In this document: positions 48,118-56,308 of the stretch, in pieces
How the letters are laid out: each line of letters starts with the position of its first letter
How positions within the stretch are numbered: position 1 is the stretch's first letter
Source: Planctomycetota bacterium
Lineage (GTDB): Bacteria > Planctomycetota > MHYJ01 > WSZJ01
Assembly (NCBI GenBank): GCA_038060895.1
Contig: JBBTCT010000022.1
Location: forward strand, 224,001-288,000
Direction: 5' to 3'
DNA: 64,000 nt
The notes under the pieces: model-generated
What the model was told of the DNA's origin: nothing
Database searches by the model: none
Seen by the model: only the letters and a program-made list of their open reading frames with translations
Made by a program: the position numbers and the translations under genes

Positions 48118-48585
48118 TTACTCTTTACCGCCGCAGCACTTCTTGTACTTCTTGCCGCTCCCGCAAGGGCACGGATCGTTGCGGCCGAGAGGCGCGCCCG
48201 CATTCTTGAAAGGCGTTCCCTCGGGTTTCGCCTGCTTTTCGAACGCCGCGGTGAGCGCGCCGGCGTAGGTGGCGAGCTGGCGGCCGCCGTAGAGGCGACC
48301 CTCGGATTCCAGGAATTCGAGGAAGGCGCCGACGAGGTGGGGGACGGAGGCGCGCGCTTCGGGTGGAAGGGCAAGCCGGGCGAGGCCGGTGAGGAGGCCG
48401 TTTCTGACGGAGAGTTCGTCGAGATCGCCGGGAGAAACGGAGGCGCACGCCGTTTCCATGAAGGCCATGAGGAGCGGGGCGGCGTCCAGATCGGGGCGTG
48501 CGCGGAAGGGGCGGAAGGGAGTGGACTCGAGGAAGTCAGCGATCCAGGCTTCGACGCTGTCGCGTTCGAACGTTTCCATGGGCAA
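48118..48585 (-). CDS. SEC-C motif-containing protein
   Basis: [18 protein letters not shown] at the C-terminus. Confidence 0.9.
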   Translation of the reverse strand: MPMETFERDSVEAWIADFLESTPFRPFRARPDLDAAPLLMAFMETACASVSPGDLDELSVRNGLLTGLARLALPPEARASVPHLVGAFLEFLESEGRLYGGRQLATYAGALTAAFEKQAKPEGTPFKNAGAPLGRNDPCPCGSGKKYKKCCGGKE

Positions 48586-48873
48586 AGCATCGTACGCGCG
48601 GGGCTGCTGTCGCGCGAGTGGCAGGGGGAATAGTCGCCGGAACGCTCAGCCGAGATCGTATAAAATAAGTACTCTGCGCTGCTTAATGATATGCGTGGCT
48701 GGAGTCTGACGCACAGCGAATTTCAACGGGATTATGCACTTGACAAACTTAAAATCCATGAACGAAACTCGTACAGGCATCATGGTTTGCGTCGATTATG
48801 GCCCCGCGATTAAACGAATAAGAAAATCGCCAGAGTCCCGTTTCAGGACGCGATTTTGGCCCGCGACGAGGAT

Positions 48874-49002
48874 TCAGGACTTACGGCGAGGTTTCCCGGC
48901 CTTCTTAGCCCGCTTCAGGGGGGGTGTAGCGAGGGCCTTCCGGATCATGGCGTCGAAGTCCACGCGGGTCACTTCTCGGTGGCTCTCTGGCTTGGGTTTC
49001 AT
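48874..49002 (-). CDS. 42-aa basic peptide (IS cargo)
   Basis: AAGGAG RBS; MKPKPESHREVTRVDFDAMIRKALATPPLKRAKKAGKPRRKS. Confidence 0.6.
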   Translation of the reverse strand: MKPKPESHREVTRVDFDAMIRKALATPPLKRAKKAGKPRRKS

Positions 49003-49049
49003 CTATCTATCTCCTTGGGGGTTATCAGGCTGATTCCCCTAGAAAGTAT

Positions 49050-49078
49050 TTGACAGCGTCTGCGGCGCAGCTTAGGAT
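49050..49078 (+). promoter_or_regulatory. Sigma70 promoter for the cargo gene and tRNAs
   Basis: TTGACA-17 bp-TAGGAT; ATG 7 nt downstream (leaderless). Confidence 0.7.
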
Positions 49079-49085
49079 TTCCCAG

Positions 49086-49475
49086 ATGCGAAGGAACAAC
49101 AAGATCGTGAGCCTTGGAGAGGAAATCGCGGCGAAGCGCCGGGAGCTGGCGGCGCTTGAGGCCGAACTTGACATCGAAGTCAGGCGGTATAGCGGTGGTC
49201 ATGCGAAGGCTCCACAAGCGGTGGTGACACCGCCTAGACCTGCGGACCCTGAAGAGGTCCTTCTGAGTGATGCCATCATCGCTGGCAAGGTGGTGCCTCT
49301 CTTGGACAGGGAGCCGGATCGGGTGTTCACCGTGGATGATATCACAAGATTGACCGGAGTGCCGCGCCACCTTCTGGTGATGTCTATCGGGCGCATGGTG
49401 CGCTGGCACAAGGTCCACAAAGTGGAAGCTGGCAAGTACAAGGCATCCACGGTTAAGAAAGCGATGGAGGGATAA
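49086..49475 (+). CDS. Coiled-coil plus winged-helix-like small protein (IS cargo)
   Basis: EIAAKRRELAALEAEL coiled coil; FTVDDITRLTGV..SIGRMVR..KVHKVEAGKY wHTH-like. Confidence 0.7.
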   Translation: MRRNNKIVSLGEEIAAKRRELAALEAELDIEVRRYSGGHAKAPQAVVTPPRPADPEEVLLSDAIIAGKVVPLLDREPDRVFTVDDITRLTGVPRHLLVMSIGRMVRWHKVHKVEAGKYKASTVKKAMEG

Positions 49476-49504
49476 AGAAAAACCCTCGGTCGTTGGCCGA
49501 GGGT
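49473..49504 (-). terminator. Rho-independent terminator (minus strand)
   Basis: ACCCTCGG/CCGAGGGT stem followed on the minus strand by a TTTTCTTT tract. Confidence 0.65.
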
Positions 49505-49515
49505 GTACGTCGGTT

Positions 49516-49607
49516 GGAGAGGTGTCCGAGTGGCTTATGGTGCTGGTTTCCAAAACCAGTGAACGGTGGTGACACACCGTCCGAGGGTTCGACTCCCTCC
49601 CTCTCCG
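49516..49607 (+). tRNA. Class II tRNA with Ser-type body and CCA (Trp) anticodon
   Basis: Acceptor GGAGAGG/CCTCTCC, G73; anticodon arm CTGGT-TTCCAAA-ACCAG; long variable arm ACGGTG/CACCGT; T arm GAGGG-TTCGACT-CCCTC; no encoded CCA tail. Confidence 0.88.
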
Positions 49608-49625
49608 TTTTGCTGTTCTGAGGCT

Positions 49626-49720
49626 GGCCGGGTGGCGGAACTGGTTTACGCGCCCGACTTGGAATCGGGTGGTTGTCTCTTGACGGGGGCACCATGCGGG
49701 TTCGAATCCCGTCCCGGTCA
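49626..49720 (+). tRNA. Class II tRNA with Leu-type body and TGG (Pro) anticodon
   Basis: Acceptor GGCCGGG/CCCGGTC, A73; D arm GCG-GAACTGGTTTA-CGC; anticodon arm CCCGA-CTTGGAA-TCGGG; long variable arm; T arm GCGGG-TTCGAAT-CCCGT. Confidence 0.88.
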
Positions 49721-49780
49721 GTCTCATTTTTGAAAGATCGAAGCGCCTTTGCGAAGTGCTTGAGGCTGGCGCGTGTCAAA

Positions 49781-49809
49781 AGAATACAACAAGACTGGGT
49801 GCGTGTCAA
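49781..49809 (-). promoter_or_regulatory. Candidate sigma70 promoter antisense to the tRNA pair
   Basis: Minus strand TTGACA(49809-49804)-17 bp-TATTCT(49786-49781); GCGTGTCAA repeated at 49771 and 49801. Confidence 0.6.
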
Positions 49810-49841
49810 CTTGCGAAATTGACGCACCGCGCCAACTCTGA

Positions 49842-50795
49842 CTAGCGCTTCACATCCCGCTTTGGCGCTTCCAGAGTGAGGCGTTTTCCTTCGGTGCGCT
49901 GGATCGCGTCGAGCATCTTCGCCCCGTCTGACTTCTTCCGGTTGTTGAACGTCCAGAGGTAGGAATCGAGGTACTTCGGAAGGTAGTCATGCCCAACGCC
50001 GTGGAAGATGCCCACGATGGAAGTCTTGAAGTTGGCGAAGAGGCCCTCAACGCCGTTCGTCGTGACGTCCCCACGGGCGTACTCTTCGATGGAGTGGTTG
50101 ACGGTTTCATGCTTCACCATCATCCGCCCTGGCGTGACGTACAGCTTGGATTCGTCTGAGTGAAGCACCGTCCGCTTGGGATCAACGTTCTTCATTACGA
50201 AGCGGCGGATGTCCCGCGCGTTGGCCTTGGGCGCTGGCTTGACGACGGCACGCGCGGACCCTCCACGCTGAACCAGCGCCAGCACGGTTGACTTCTTCAC
50301 GGCCTTGCCACGGCGCGATCCGCGCCCCTTGTGGCCGAAGTAGGTTTCGTCCGCTTCGATGATCCCGGCGAGTGGTGACTTGTCGGAGTTCTGGAGAGCG
50401 TGGCGCACCCGATGGCAGAGAAACCACGCGGTGCGATAACTGCCGAGTTCAAGGTGCCGCTGGATTGCCAGCGCCGAGATTCCTGTCTTGCTGGACGAAA
50501 TGAGGTAGAAGGCCAGCAGCCACTTGTTGAGCGGGATGTGGCTGTCCTCGAAGATCGTGCCAACGGTGCAAGTGAACTGCTTCCGGCACGCCACGCAGAA
50601 CAGCAGCCCCTTGCGAATCTTCTTCTCCGCGTCTGGCTTGAGCCGGGCGACCTTCTCGCGTTCGGTGCAGCCACAGTGCGGGCAAACGGGGCCAGAGGGC
50701 CAGCGCACCGCTTCGATGTAGTTACGCGCGGCGTCCTCGTCTGGGAAGAGAGAGAAGATGTTCGTCAGGCTCACGGCATCGGGCGTCGGGATCAT
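49842..50795 (-). CDS. IS1595-family (ISXO2-like) transposase
   Basis: RWP...CPHCG..CVACRKQFT..GTIF Zn ribbon; SYRTAW HTH; EADETY, HSDE, VNHS..EY, TNGVEG catalytic motifs. Confidence 0.95.
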   Translation of the reverse strand: MIPTPDAVSLTNIFSLFPDEDAARNYIEAVRWPSGPVCPHCGCTEREKVARLKPDAEKKIRKGLLFCVACRKQFTCTVGTIFEDSHIPLNKWLLAFYLISSSKTGISALAIQRHLELGSYRTAWFLCHRVRHALQNSDKSPLAGIIEADETYFGHKGRGSRRGKAVKKSTVLALVQRGGSARAVVKPAPKANARDIRRFVMKNVDPKRTVLHSDESKLYVTPGRMMVKHETVNHSIEEYARGDVTTNGVEGLFANFKTSIVGIFHGVGHDYLPKYLDSYLWTFNNRKKSDGAKMLDAIQRTEGKRLTLEAPKRDVKR

Positions 50796-50820
50796 GGGCG
50801 TCTCCTTTGAGTACGCCTAA

Positions 50821-50849
50821 AAGATACTAGATCATGCTTGTTTTGTCAA
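50821..50849 (-). promoter_or_regulatory. Transposase promoter with -35 inside the IR
   Basis: Minus strand TTGACA-17 bp-TATCTT, then AAAGGAG RBS. Confidence 0.7.
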
Positions 50850-50923
50850 GTGCATAATCCCGATTTCAAGCTTAACATTATGATATTAAATAAGTTATGA
50901 CACATTGTCTGCAACGGTTCATT

Positions 50924-50939
50924 CGGCACGTGCGTTGCA
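50924..50939 (+). promoter_or_regulatory. Candidate sigma54 promoter
   Basis: CGGCACG-TGCG-TTGCA, preceded by an AT-rich tract. Confidence 0.55.
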
Positions 50940-51021
50940 ATTCAATCTTGACGCGACCTGATCAACGAACGGTTGCGGCCTTCACTTCCCAAACAACAAC
51001 TCACCGATCGGAGAACGACCC

Positions 51022-51561
51022 ATGAGCAACACATTGGACACAACCATCCGGGTTCAGTGGTCCCCGGCCCCCGGCTCCCCCGAAGCCCTTTCTTCCAACC
51101 GCCGTCTCTCGAAGCTCGCCGCTGCGGCGCTTCACTGCGCCTGGCTGTCCTACATCGCGGCGCTCTTCCTTCCTGCCGCTGTCTACACACCCGGCTACCT
51201 GTGCCTGCTCGGGTCGGCCGTTTCGGTGGTGGTTCTCTGCCTGGGCTCGGTCTCCGCGCTCGTTCCCGCGCTTCTGTTCATCCCGAACCTGGCGATGCTC
51301 CTGAGCCCGATGGTCCTGGCGCGGTCCGTGCGTCGCGGCCGCATGATGCAGGTCCTGAGCGGGCTCAGCGTGGCCGGCGCCATCCTGACCGTTTCGTGCG
51401 GCGCGCTGATCTGCTCCCAGGGGCTCGACACCGGCGGCTGCGGCGGCACGGGCGGACGGAACTCCGATCCGGAGATCGGGTTCTTCATGTGGGTCGTGTC
51501 GGCGGTCTTCCTCGCGGCCGGCACGGTCCTCGCCCGCCGGTCGGAAGGCGCCGCGAAGTAA
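51022..51561 (+). CDS. Membrane protein
   Basis: GGAG RBS; four to five hydrophobic segments. Confidence 0.7.
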   Translation: MSNTLDTTIRVQWSPAPGSPEALSSNRRLSKLAAAALHCAWLSYIAALFLPAAVYTPGYLCLLGSAVSVVVLCLGSVSALVPALLFIPNLAMLLSPMVLARSVRRGRMMQVLSGLSVAGAILTVSCGALICSQGLDTGGCGGTGGRNSDPEIGFFMWVVSAVFLAAGTVLARRSEGAAK

Positions 51562-51653
51562 GTCCGGTCTCCTCTCTGCCGAACGGGCCGCGCGATCCCC
51601 ACGGATCCGCGGCCCGTCGCGTTTCCGGCATTCTTCGGGGACAATGCCCCGGA

Positions 51654-52013
51654 ATGGACCAGCTGAACACCGTGCGCGTTCACCTCCTCGAACTTCATCG
51701 CCTCCTCCTCGCCGTCGAGCGCGAGGACTACGAACGCGTCCACGGCCGCGTGACGGGCGCCACCTTCCTGAACGTGCTGACCTCCGACCCGGCGTTCGCA
51801 TGGCTGCGGCCCCTCACGTCGCTGATCCTCACGCTGGACGAGATGCTGGAAGCGGAACTCACCGAGGCCGACCGGGTGGACGGCATCACGCGCATCCGCG
51901 CTTTCCTGGCCCCCGACGAAAACGGGAACGAGTTCCAGAGGAGGTACGCCGACGCGCTTCAGCAGAGCCCGCACGTTCTACTCGCGCACGGGGTGGTGAT
52001 GAAGGCGCTGTAG
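51654..52013 (+). CDS. Conserved-looking hypothetical protein
   Basis: LHRLLL..ER..YER.HG..L..DP.FAWLRPL..LI..LDE. Confidence 0.75.
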   Translation: MDQLNTVRVHLLELHRLLLAVEREDYERVHGRVTGATFLNVLTSDPAFAWLRPLTSLILTLDEMLEAELTEADRVDGITRIRAFLAPDENGNEFQRRYADALQQSPHVLLAHGVVMKAL

Positions 52014-52111
52014 ACCGCCGCCGGGCGCTCCCCCGGCTCACTGTAATAGACAATAAAACCATTATGTCTATTCTGGGCATTATGGTAATTTCCGTCCAGG
52101 AGGTTTCACCC

Positions 52112-52462
52112 ATGACGACAAGTTCCCTGCCGACGCCGACGGGCGAATCCGTTCCCATGACCAGCTTCCCGGCCTCTGCGCTCAAGAACTCCGCTGCGGA
52201 TGTCCTGGAGATGGTCCTGACCTCCGGCGCCGTTGTCATCACCCGACACGGCAAGGAGAAGGCCGTGATCCTGTCCGTCGAAGCCTACCGGCGACTCGTG
52301 GCTTCCCGCCGCGACGACCTGGACGTTCTACGCGCAAAATTCGGCGGGCTGCTAGCCAGAATGCAGACTCCCGCTGCGCGAAAGGGCGCACGGGCCGCCT
52401 TCGACGCTTCGCCGGATGAAATGGGCAAAGCAGCCGTAAAGGCGGCGCGCCGCCGTGGCTGA
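52112..52462 (+). CDS. Phd/YefM family antitoxin
   Basis: AGGAGG RBS; ASALKN..VVITRHGKEKAVILSVEAY; AT-rich IR at about 52045-52070 upstream. Confidence 0.85.
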   Translation: MTTSSLPTPTGESVPMTSFPASALKNSAADVLEMVLTSGAVVITRHGKEKAVILSVEAYRRLVASRRDDLDVLRAKFGGLLARMQTPAARKGARAAFDASPDEMGKAAVKAARRRG

Positions 52463-53102
52463 CCGCCGCGCCGTCATCACCGTGCTCGCCGGCACGAATG
52501 GCGCCGGCAAGAGCAGCATTGCAGGAGCCACGATTCGTTCGCGCCAGGCGGACTACTACAACCCTGACGAAGCGGCGCGCGCTCACAAGGAAGCGCATCC
52601 GGAGGCGACTGCCGAAGAAGCGAACGCCGCTGCGTGGGAATTCGGCCGCCGCATGCTCGAAGAGGCCGCTCGTGAGCGGAAGAACTTCGCCTTTGAAACG
52701 ACACTGGGCGGCAACACGATCATGTTTCTTCTTGAGAATGCAGCGAATTCCGGTTTGGACGTGCGGATCTGGTACACCGGACTTGCTTCAGTCGAGTTGC
52801 ACCTCAAACGCGTCCGGCAACGGGTCCGCCTGGGAGGTCACGACATTCCCGAGGAAATGATCCGGCGCCGCTATGAGAACGGGCCCCGGAACCTGATCCG
52901 CCTCATGCCGAAGCTCGCCTCGCTGCGCGTCTACGACAACAGTGCCGCAGGGGATCCCGCCGCGGGAGTGGCTCCGAAACCAGTTCTTGTTCTGCAGATG
53001 GAAAAGGGCCGAATTGCCGGGCCGAAGGATCTGTCCCGGACTTCCGAATGGGCGAAATCGATCGTCGCGCGGGCCATGGAACTTCACTCGGCGCCCAGGT
53101 AG
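52455..53102 (+). CDS. Zeta-toxin-like P-loop kinase
   Basis: [37 protein letters not shown]. Confidence 0.88.
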   Translation: MADRRAVITVLAGTNGAGKSSIAGATIRSRQADYYNPDEAARAHKEAHPEATAEEANAAAWEFGRRMLEEAARERKNFAFETTLGGNTIMFLLENAANSGLDVRIWYTGLASVELHLKRVRQRVRLGGHDIPEEMIRRRYENGPRNLIRLMPKLASLRVYDNSAAGDPAAGVAPKPVLVLQMEKGRIAGPKDLSRTSEWAKSIVARAMELHSAPR

Positions 53103-53163
53103 CGACCCCGCTCGGATCGGCATTGTGCTATCCTCCCGCCCCCTCATTTCCGGAACCACCTTG

Positions 53164-54687
53164 ATGCGTTTCGCAGACCTGCACCTGATCGAGCCTCTTC
53201 TCCGCGCCGTGCACGACGAAGGCTATGTCACGCCCACCCCCATCCAGGAAATGTCGATCCCGCACGTGCTGGAAGGGAAGGACCTGCTCGGCTGCGCCCA
53301 GACCGGCACCGGCAAGACGGCGGCCTTCGCACTTCCGATCCTCCAGCGCCTCCACGCCCAGCCCATCCCGAACCCGCGATACGTGCGCGTGCTGGTGCTC
53401 GCGCCCACGCGCGAGCTGGCGACCCAGATCGGCGATTCGTTCCGGACCTACGGGAAACACCTCGGCTTCCGGCACGTCACCATCTACGGCGGCGTCGGCC
53501 AGAACCCGCAGGCACAGGCGCTTCACCGCGGCGTCGACATCGTCGTCGCCACCCCCGGCCGGCTGCTCGACCTGATGCAGCAGGGGTATGCGAAGCTGAA
53601 CCGGGTGGAAGTGCTGGTGCTCGACGAAGCGGACCGGATGCTGGACATGGGGTTCATCCACGACGTGAAGCGGATCATCGCGGCGATCCCGAAGAAGCGG
53701 CAGACGCTTTTTTACAGCGCGACGCTGCCGCGCGAGATCCAGTCGCTGGCGCACGACATCCTGTCGAGCCCGGTTCGCGTCGAGGTCACGCCCGCGGCGA
53801 CGACGGTCGAGAAAATCGCACAGTCGGTGTGCTTCGTGGACAAGGGAAACAAGTTCACGGTCCTTCAGGGGCTTCTGCGCGACACGAAAATTCAGCGCGC
53901 CCTCATTTTCACGCGCACGAAGCACGGCGCGAACAAGCTCGCCAAGCAGCTCAACCAGGTCGGCGTCCGATCCGACGCCATCCATGGGAACAAGGCGCAG
54001 ACGGCGCGCGAGCGCGCGCTGGCGGACTTCGGGCGAGGCAAGATCCGGGTCCTGGTCGCCACCGACATCGCCGCGCGCGGGATCGACGTCGAGGGCATCA
54101 CGCACGTCTTCAACTACGACCTCCCCAACGTCCCCGACAGCTACGTGCACCGCATCGGGCGCACCGCGCGAGCGGGGGCTTCCGGCGAAGCGATTTCATT
54201 CTGCTCCCCCGAGGAGCGCGGCGAGCTGTCCGACATCGAGCGGCTGATCCGGATGACGCTTCCGACGCGGCCGGGACAGCCGGAACGGCCCGCGGCGGGG
54301 CGGCCGGGCGGCCAATCGGCCGGGCGGGCAGGCGGGCGCAGCTTCGGCTCCTCAGGGCAGATGGGCGGCTCCTCGAATCGCTTCAATCGCCCGGGACAGG
54401 GACATGGAGGCCACGCGCACCGCTCGCAGGGCGCGAAGCCGGCCGGTCACGGCCACTCCGGGTCCCACGGCCACCACACTTCCGGCGGTCACGCCGCTTC
54501 CCACGTCCAGGCAGCCTCCCACGGCTCAACTCCCGCGCACCCGGCTCCGCACTCCCACGCCGCGCCTCACTCGCACGGAGCTCCGCGATCCGCCGGCGGT
54601 TCGCATCAGCACGGCGGCGCGCCGGCTCACGGCCAGGGCCGCTTCGCGGGAAAACTCCGGGGACGGCATCCCCGGAAGGGGCGTTAG
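53164..54687 (+). CDS. rhlE: DEAD-box RNA helicase (RhlE-like) with Gly/His-rich tail
   Basis: [43 protein letters not shown]. Confidence 0.93.
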   Translation: MRFADLHLIEPLLRAVHDEGYVTPTPIQEMSIPHVLEGKDLLGCAQTGTGKTAAFALPILQRLHAQPIPNPRYVRVLVLAPTRELATQIGDSFRTYGKHLGFRHVTIYGGVGQNPQAQALHRGVDIVVATPGRLLDLMQQGYAKLNRVEVLVLDEADRMLDMGFIHDVKRIIAAIPKKRQTLFYSATLPREIQSLAHDILSSPVRVEVTPAATTVEKIAQSVCFVDKGNKFTVLQGLLRDTKIQRALIFTRTKHGANKLAKQLNQVGVRSDAIHGNKAQTARERALADFGRGKIRVLVATDIAARGIDVEGITHVFNYDLPNVPDSYVHRIGRTARAGASGEAISFCSPEERGELSDIERLIRMTLPTRPGQPERPAAGRPGGQSAGRAGGRSFGSSGQMGGSSNRFNRPGQGHGGHAHRSQGAKPAGHGHSGSHGHHTSGGHAASHVQAASHGSTPAHPAPHSHAAPHSHGAPRSAGGSHQHGGAPAHGQGRFAGKLRGRHPRKGR

Positions 54688-54772
54688 CCGGAGTTCGTCC
54701 AGGGAGATCGAACCCGCGGCTCAGCGGTTCGTTGAAGGGGAGGACGCCCGGACGGGCGGCCCAACCCTTCTC

Positions 54773-56233
54773 ATGAGAACACTTCTCAGCCCCTGTCTTG
54801 CCGCGCTTGCGACGGCGGCCTGCTTCGCGATGAACGCGAGCGCCGAAGAGCCCGCTTCCGCCGATGTGTTCATCGAAACGGCCGACGGAACGATGATCGC
54901 GGGCACCTTGCCCTCGGACCTGGCGTTTGTGCTCGCGCGACCGGACGGAGAAACGAAAATCGCCGCGGGTGCGGTGCGCCGGCTGGCGGTGTCGAGCCTT
55001 CGGGAAGCGGAAGCGCTGGAGCTGGAGGCTTCGGTCAAGGGGATCGGAGTGCGGTGGAAGAGCGAGGAATTCGAGGAGCGCGAAGCGGCGACGAAGGAAG
55101 CGTTGAAGCTGCCGGCGGCGGCGGCGGCGTTCCTGTCGCGATTGAGAGCGGACCCGGACGCGGAGGTGGGCGCGCGGGCGCGCGAGGTGCTGGAAGAGAT
55201 CCAGGCGCGCGGAGACCCGGGCGATGCGCGCGACCAGGTATTTGCGGACGGCAAGATCCTGCGGGGCTGGCTGAAGCTCGAGACGTTCACGCTCACGACG
55301 ATGCTGGGGCCGGCCAAGATTTCACTGGCGGACGTGCGCACGCTGCGCCGGGTGGAAGAGCCGGAGCGCCTGCCGCGCGCGACACAGGAGGACGAATGGC
55401 CACCGCCGCCGCCGGACCGGCCCGCGCCGCCGCCGGCGAACGGTTCTATTCAGGTCGCGATGCTTCTGCGAAACGGCTGGCGGCTCGTGGGCGAGTTGGC
55501 GCCGGAGGCTCTTTCTCTCGAAGGAGAGAACGGCGACCTGGTGGCGATGGAGAACCTCGTCCGGCTCGAACGGGCGAAGGACGATCGCAAGTTCTTCCGG
55601 GTGATCCGAAAGGGAAAACCTTCGGTCAGCGCGACGCTGGCGGCAGATGAGGTCGCTCTCGATGCGCTCGTCGGGCGCTGGGCCGTGCCCGCCGACGACA
55701 TCGAGTGGATTGAGTTCGGGCCGCTTCGGCGCAACTCGGGAGCCCTCGTTCAACTCATTGCCGACTTCACCGCGGCGAAGGCCGCCGGCGAAAAACGGCT
55801 GGAGTCGAAGTTCTGGGTCCACATCCGCGACCAGCGTGCCAACCCGTGGGACAGCGCGGGAAAGGTGGGAATGACCTGGTCGCTTCTCGACGTCCAGGGC
55901 GACGCCTGCCTGGTCGGCGTGCACGCGAAGAGCAACGCCTACCAGGGCGATACGTCCGTGGAGGAAGAGCTTCCGATCCTCGCGATCCGCAAAGGGAAGT
56001 TCGCGCCGCCGGAGGGGCTGGACGTCTCGAACGCGTACCGGGGCTGGGCCTCGGGCGAGATCCGGCTGACGCGGCCGGTGCGCGGGACGGCGATGACTTC
56101 GCTGGAAGCGGCGAACAAGCTGGTCGTGGAGGAGTTCGGGGACGGCTGGCGGATGGCGCAGTTCCACGATACGAACAGGACGGGATGGCACTGGTGGGCC
56201 TACTGGGTGGATCCGACCGGGAAAGAGAAGTAG
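54773..56233 (+). CDS. Secreted multi-domain hypothetical protein
   Basis: Signal peptide; HEAT-like segment (EEREAA..DPDAEV..RA); C-terminal Trp-rich domain. Confidence 0.75.
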   Translation: MRTLLSPCLAALATAACFAMNASAEEPASADVFIETADGTMIAGTLPSDLAFVLARPDGETKIAAGAVRRLAVSSLREAEALELEASVKGIGVRWKSEEFEEREAATKEALKLPAAAAAFLSRLRADPDAEVGARAREVLEEIQARGDPGDARDQVFADGKILRGWLKLETFTLTTMLGPAKISLADVRTLRRVEEPERLPRATQEDEWPPPPPDRPAPPPANGSIQVAMLLRNGWRLVGELAPEALSLEGENGDLVAMENLVRLERAKDDRKFFRVIRKGKPSVSATLAADEVALDALVGRWAVPADDIEWIEFGPLRRNSGALVQLIADFTAAKAAGEKRLESKFWVHIRDQRANPWDSAGKVGMTWSLLDVQGDACLVGVHAKSNAYQGDTSVEEELPILAIRKGKFAPPEGLDVSNAYRGWASGEIRLTRPVRGTAMTSLEAANKLVVEEFGDGWRMAQFHDTNRTGWHWWAYWVDPTGKEK

Positions 56234-56308
56234 GGAGGAGCGCTCGATCGCGGCCCTCTGTCCGCCGAACAAGCCGGAAAGGAGGTCCCTGCAACTACAC
56301 TCCGTTCC

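Larger units (their letters stand above)
48727..50862 (-). mobile_element. IS1595-family cargo-carrying element (2136 bp)
   Basis: Perfect 21-bp IRs CGGGATTATGCACTTGACAAA (48727-48747 and 50842-50862); ATTTCAA duplicated at 48720-48726 and 50863-50869; transposase inside. Confidence 0.93.

Noticed and set aside
49516-49720. tRNAs as an integration (att) site or as tRNA-Sec/Pyl
   Set aside because: They lie inside the IS inverted repeats, with no integrase or 3' duplication. Acceptor/T stems are 7/5 and the anticodons are not UCA or CUA.
48999-49727. 242-aa minus-strand ORF across the tRNAs
   Set aside because: Translation (TGFEPA, GRESNPR) is typical of antisense tRNA sequence; no RBS or domain.
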